A DNA stretch of 64,000 bases from Azolla caroliniana. Taxonomy: Eukaryota > Plantae > Polypodiophyta. Of the stretch, positions 59,553 to 64,000 are shown piece by piece. The stretch is from NCBI GenBank assembly GCA_043228905.1, contig JBHGNT010000014.1:3534001-3598000 (forward strand). The letters are read 5' to 3'. Every line of letters starts with the position of its first letter. The first letter of the stretch is position 1. The notes under the pieces were generated by a model. That model saw nothing but the letters and a program-made list of their open reading frames with translations, was not told the origin of the DNA and ran no database searches. The position numbers and the translations under genes are program-made.

Positions 59553-62500
59553 AATAATGTTGCTAAAGATCACGAACATGTAACAAATGAAGTTTTTCAG
59601 GAACCTGAGGAGACAACGAATGCCGACACACTTGCACCACTCGGCCTTTCCATTGATGAGGCAGAAAACCAGAGAAGAACCAGACGTCCTCGGGTGCCGG
59701 GTTTCAAAGCAACTCGACGTGATGTGGAAGCAATATTGAAAATAAGGGAACGTGAGCTACACCGCCTAGAAGCCATGGATAGGGCACTCTCTACACTGGA
59801 ACCCACATCAAGACCCTTTGACCCCCCACTTCTTTTCGAGAGGCTTGGGTGGAAATAAAATTAGGCTTAGTGTATAGTCAGTTTCGAGTATACTACATAT
59901 TGTACACTACTAGAACTCTTTTAGTTTAAGTTCTATTTTTTACTTAATTTTATTTTAGTTATGATGACTGGATAAAAACTCTTTTGTTGTAAACCAATTG
60001 TCTCATGGGCCAAATTTGGCCTTAGAAGACGTTAATATATCTTTCTTTCTTTCTTTCTTTCTTTCTCACACACAATGGCATAAGAGTAATTAACATGTGA
60101 TTATTGTTAATCATACAAGATTAACGTCACATCACACAAATGGTTCAAAATATACAATAAGATGGAGAAGAATGTTCCTTCTTACAAAAAGCAAAGTTGT
60201 CAAAGTATTCCTACAAAAGCATTGGCTTTCACAAGGATTAAAACTTAAATAAGATGAATGATGGGAAGCTTTGAGCTTCTAGTAAATGTGGCTCTAATGA
60301 ACTTCTCAAATCACGATTACTATTGACGTAAACAACGCCTCAATATTGGAGTAGTGTTTTCGGGGCACTTTGTGCTCCCTTCAACGATCGGTGTGCAAGC
60401 TAGTAGAACCCTTTCTCCAAGTCATCCACGTGTGGTGAGCTCGATGATGACGAAGATCGGAAAAGGCTATGAAGTAGAAGAGGAAGTCGAGAAGAAGCAA
60501 AAAGAATATAGCAATATACCTTAACCCAAAAATCCCAAAGGTTGAGCTCTATAATCCCGAAAGAAGAACCCCTAAATGAATCCTCTTTCCTTCCATTTAC
60601 AAGGAGGGCATCGTGTGAATAGAGCAATCACTTACGAGCTCAACCTTCTAGGTGGTGCTTAAAGTTGCCATATACCATTTTTTTTCCAAAAAAAAACTCC
60701 TTCCATTAGTTATAAAATTTTACAAATGAGACGATTATGTACAAATCCCTGTAGGGACACGATAGTTCCATCTTATGTGGATGCCCACTGCCTCAAGAAA
60801 GGGAGAGGGTGACCATTGTTGGATGAAGGCTATTCGTTGTCTTTCAACTCCATCGGAGCCGCCCTTGAGGCCATCATATTGGCTCTTTAGAGTGGCTACA
60901 ATTTCACTCCATATCTCTTGCAGTAGCCTTGTTGGATGCGCAATTTGGTTGGAGAAGAGCCGTCTACACCGTTGTTTCCATAGAATCCAAAGAGTTATTG
61001 GGCTAACCAATTCCAACACAGCTTGAGCTTTGTCATTAAGAGGAGTTGAGTGGACATTGCCGTTGGTGGAGAAAAAAACCTCTTGTGCTTTTATCACCAA
61101 AGTCATCCCCTCCTCCTGATGCTCGTATCTGCCAATTGGGGTTTGCCATGATAGCTAGCATATATTTCCCCACTTGATGGAGCCTTGCACCTGGCATAAT
61201 TGCAACAAGCTGCCAACCCCCGCCATATTCGATGGGACGTTGGGCAGTCCCACAGAGCGTGTCGTATTGATTCTACTGCATGTGGGCATCCTACACAATT
61301 AGGAGAGCTAAGGTTCCCGCGTTGCCATGCTCCCACCGGTAGGGACTTATGTATTAATAGCCATTGGAACGTGGTAATTCGCCTCACGTGTTGTTGTTTC
61401 CAGATTTTCTGCCAAAACTTGGTGATAATTGTGGGAGGAACTTGAAATGTGTGCCAAAACTTCGCAGCAACCGGCTCTCAGGCGGTTTGAGCAGCTAGAA
61501 TGTGGCGACCCAATCTCATTGTGAATTGGATGAAAGGGATGGGTTTGCTTCCTTGCCCGGCGTAAGAATCCCGCCATGTCCATTGCAAAGGGTCCCAACT
61601 AACCTTACGTAGCCATGTGTTTTCATGAGGACATATATGCCAATCAGGTTGTACTTTGAGCGGATCAGGATCTACAATCCATTTATGACCAGTATACACG
61701 AGTACTCGAATTGCGTTATTCAGTGTTGGTGTCTCAGTGTCTCGCAATTCAAAACCTTCAATTCTGTTTGGTGTTCCCTTGCCTCTTGGGATCAGAGATC
61801 CCTCCTCCTCGTGGCCTATCCATTTCTCCATTGTCATCCTTTGAGTAGCAGTTTCCCTAATCAGTAGAGCGTTAATGATTTCTGATCTCATAGTCCATCC
61901 GCCCCTAATTCCATGGAGTATGTTGGCTTGATCTTGTAGTGGCAGTGACATAAACCGTCGCCAACATTCTATACTTTTTCCTGGACCTTCTACAATGTAT
62001 CCCCATGACAACCCCTTACGTGATCTCAGTAATTGATTAGATTCATCCTTGATACATGGGTTCTATAGGATACGTTGACTGAGCCAAGCGGGTTTGAAAC
62101 TCGGTTGATCGCACTTGAGCCCTCGTCTAATGTCACACCATGCCTTCCACATGGATGCACTGAATCTATCCTCCAATTGACGGGAGAAACTAGGTTTGAG
62201 ATCCATGTTTAGAATCCATCTCATTTGGGGGGCCCAATTGACCCCTTTTCTTGGCCTAAAGTAAGCGAAACGTAACCGTAGTAGCATTTTCCAATAGTCA
62301 TTTCCGGGTTGGAGTCCTCGCACCACAAATTTGGCAAGTAAGACTTTTGATTGTGAAAGGGGATCAATAAGACCCAATCCCCCTCTCGACTTAGGCGATG
62401 TGAGTATAGACCACGCCACCTTGGCGCGAGTTACATGGTCTTCCTTACCAGACCAAATGTAGTTGCGGACCAGTCATTGAATCTGATGTATACTTTCCTT

Positions 62501-64000
62501 GGAGATTGTCCAGCAAGATAGACTGTACCATGTTGTTGCGAGTAGTACCTGGTTTGCCACTATGATGTGACCCACTAGTGATAGTTTTTTCGAACTCCAA
62601 TGTATCAGCTTTTGTCGAATGGAGTGGATAACGGGTGCAATCATAGTCTCCGGCGGTATGTTGAAACCAATTTGGAAGCCCAAATATTTGGTGCTCGCTC
62701 CTTGATTGATCCATTTGAAAGCGGGATGTGGGTGCCACGCCGGATGTGTTTCATGAGAAAGCCATATTGTGCAGGATTTGTGCCAATTGATCATGGCATT
62801 GGATCTCTTGCAAAATACGGCTAACCCACTTTCTAGCTTTTGGAGGTTTTCCAAGTCCCCTTGCAGGTAGACGGATGTGTCATCTGCAAATTCTATATCC
62901 AGAATGCTTTGGTGAGAATGAGGTATGGGAAGACCGCGTAGGTTGAGATGTCACGAGTTGAGAAATGTTGAGAATCAAGCTCAACTTGGTCTAGTGTGTG
63001 AACTCACCTTGAGAGTGAAGAGACACTCCAACGGTCAAGAGTCACCATTATGTGACCACTTTGTATTCTAGCATTTAGTATGAGTTATAGAATCATATTC
63101 TATATCACATAACTTATGAGCTTTCACATTCCCCATGCTCCATGAGGCTTGTAGTTAATGAAGAGAGAGGGTGATTACATAAAGCACCCTCCTCCCACCT
63201 TGTATAATGTTGAGTCTTTCTCCTTTGCTAATATACTTAACCTTGCGTATACTCTGTGTGTGTGTCTCTCTCTCTCTCTCTCATACACACACATACACAC
63301 ACAGTTCACACCTATTCCGCTTCACAAGAATCCATCTCTTGATTCTTTACATGGTATCAGAGCGATTTGGTAGCTCAATCTAGCCCATTCGCCTCATCGT
63401 GATCGTGTGTTGTGCTCTACACCGACGACCAACAACCGGCTCATAGTTATCGTAGCTTCGCTACATAGCTCGCATTCGAAGAGAGAAGAAGAAGAAGAAG
63501 AACCGATATAATGAATACTCAAATGGGGAGCGCTCTCCCTACCGAGAAGTTGGATCGAAACAACTTCGCATCTTGGGAGTACAAGATGCACCAATACCTT
63601 GTCAGACAAGGCTATTGGAGCTACATCAAAGGAGCGCATGAAGACCGACCCGCCGAAGCGGCTCCCGAATACGCGACATGGGAGAAAGCCGCAAGCCGTG
63701 TGATGTATTATTTGGCAACATGTGTTCACGACCACATGCTCGGTTACATTCGAGAAGCCAAGACGCCGAAGGAAGCGTGGGAAAATCTACGAAAGATTTT
63801 TGCCGCCAACACGACCGTGAGGAAGCTTCAACTCCGCCAAGAGTTGAACAACATTCAACAAAGGGACATGTCCATCACGACATACACCTTGAAGATCAAG
63901 GAGCTTTGCGACTCGCTCAGCTCAATAAGCGTAAGTATAGATGATGATGAGATGGTGCAAATATGCCTCGGCGGCCTAGCACCACGGTTCGGCGCAATGC
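59553..64000 (+). repeat. Apparently identical copy of 50696-55143
   Basis: Identical ORF translations at a constant offset of 8857. The copy begins exactly at the gap. Confidence 0.95.

Overview
Land-plant genomic DNA, probably a fern or other seed-free plant (inferred from the 5S rRNA sequence and the transposon types). Bases 1-36.8 kb are the decaying edge of a tandem 5S rDNA array (units of about 500-600 bp, 15 gene copies or remnants) invaded by nested retrotransposons. A deleted Ty1/copia sits in one 5S gene. A 15-kb Ty3/gypsy sits in another, and it itself carries an intact young copia and a 2.5-kb non-coding insert. That insert is the most unusual item: about 1.13 turns of a 2219-bp unit with a TATA box directly followed by a complete type I hammerhead ribozyme (11711-11771), which suggests a retrozyme or non-autonomous Penelope-like element. 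Beyond the array lie an intact 5-exon gene for a myristoylated calcineurin-B-like EF-hand protein (40855-42359), a full-length LINE, and L1, copia and chromovirus fragments. A 100-N gap is followed by an apparently identical copy of 50696-55143, probably an assembly artefact. All coordinates were read by eye and no searches were run.
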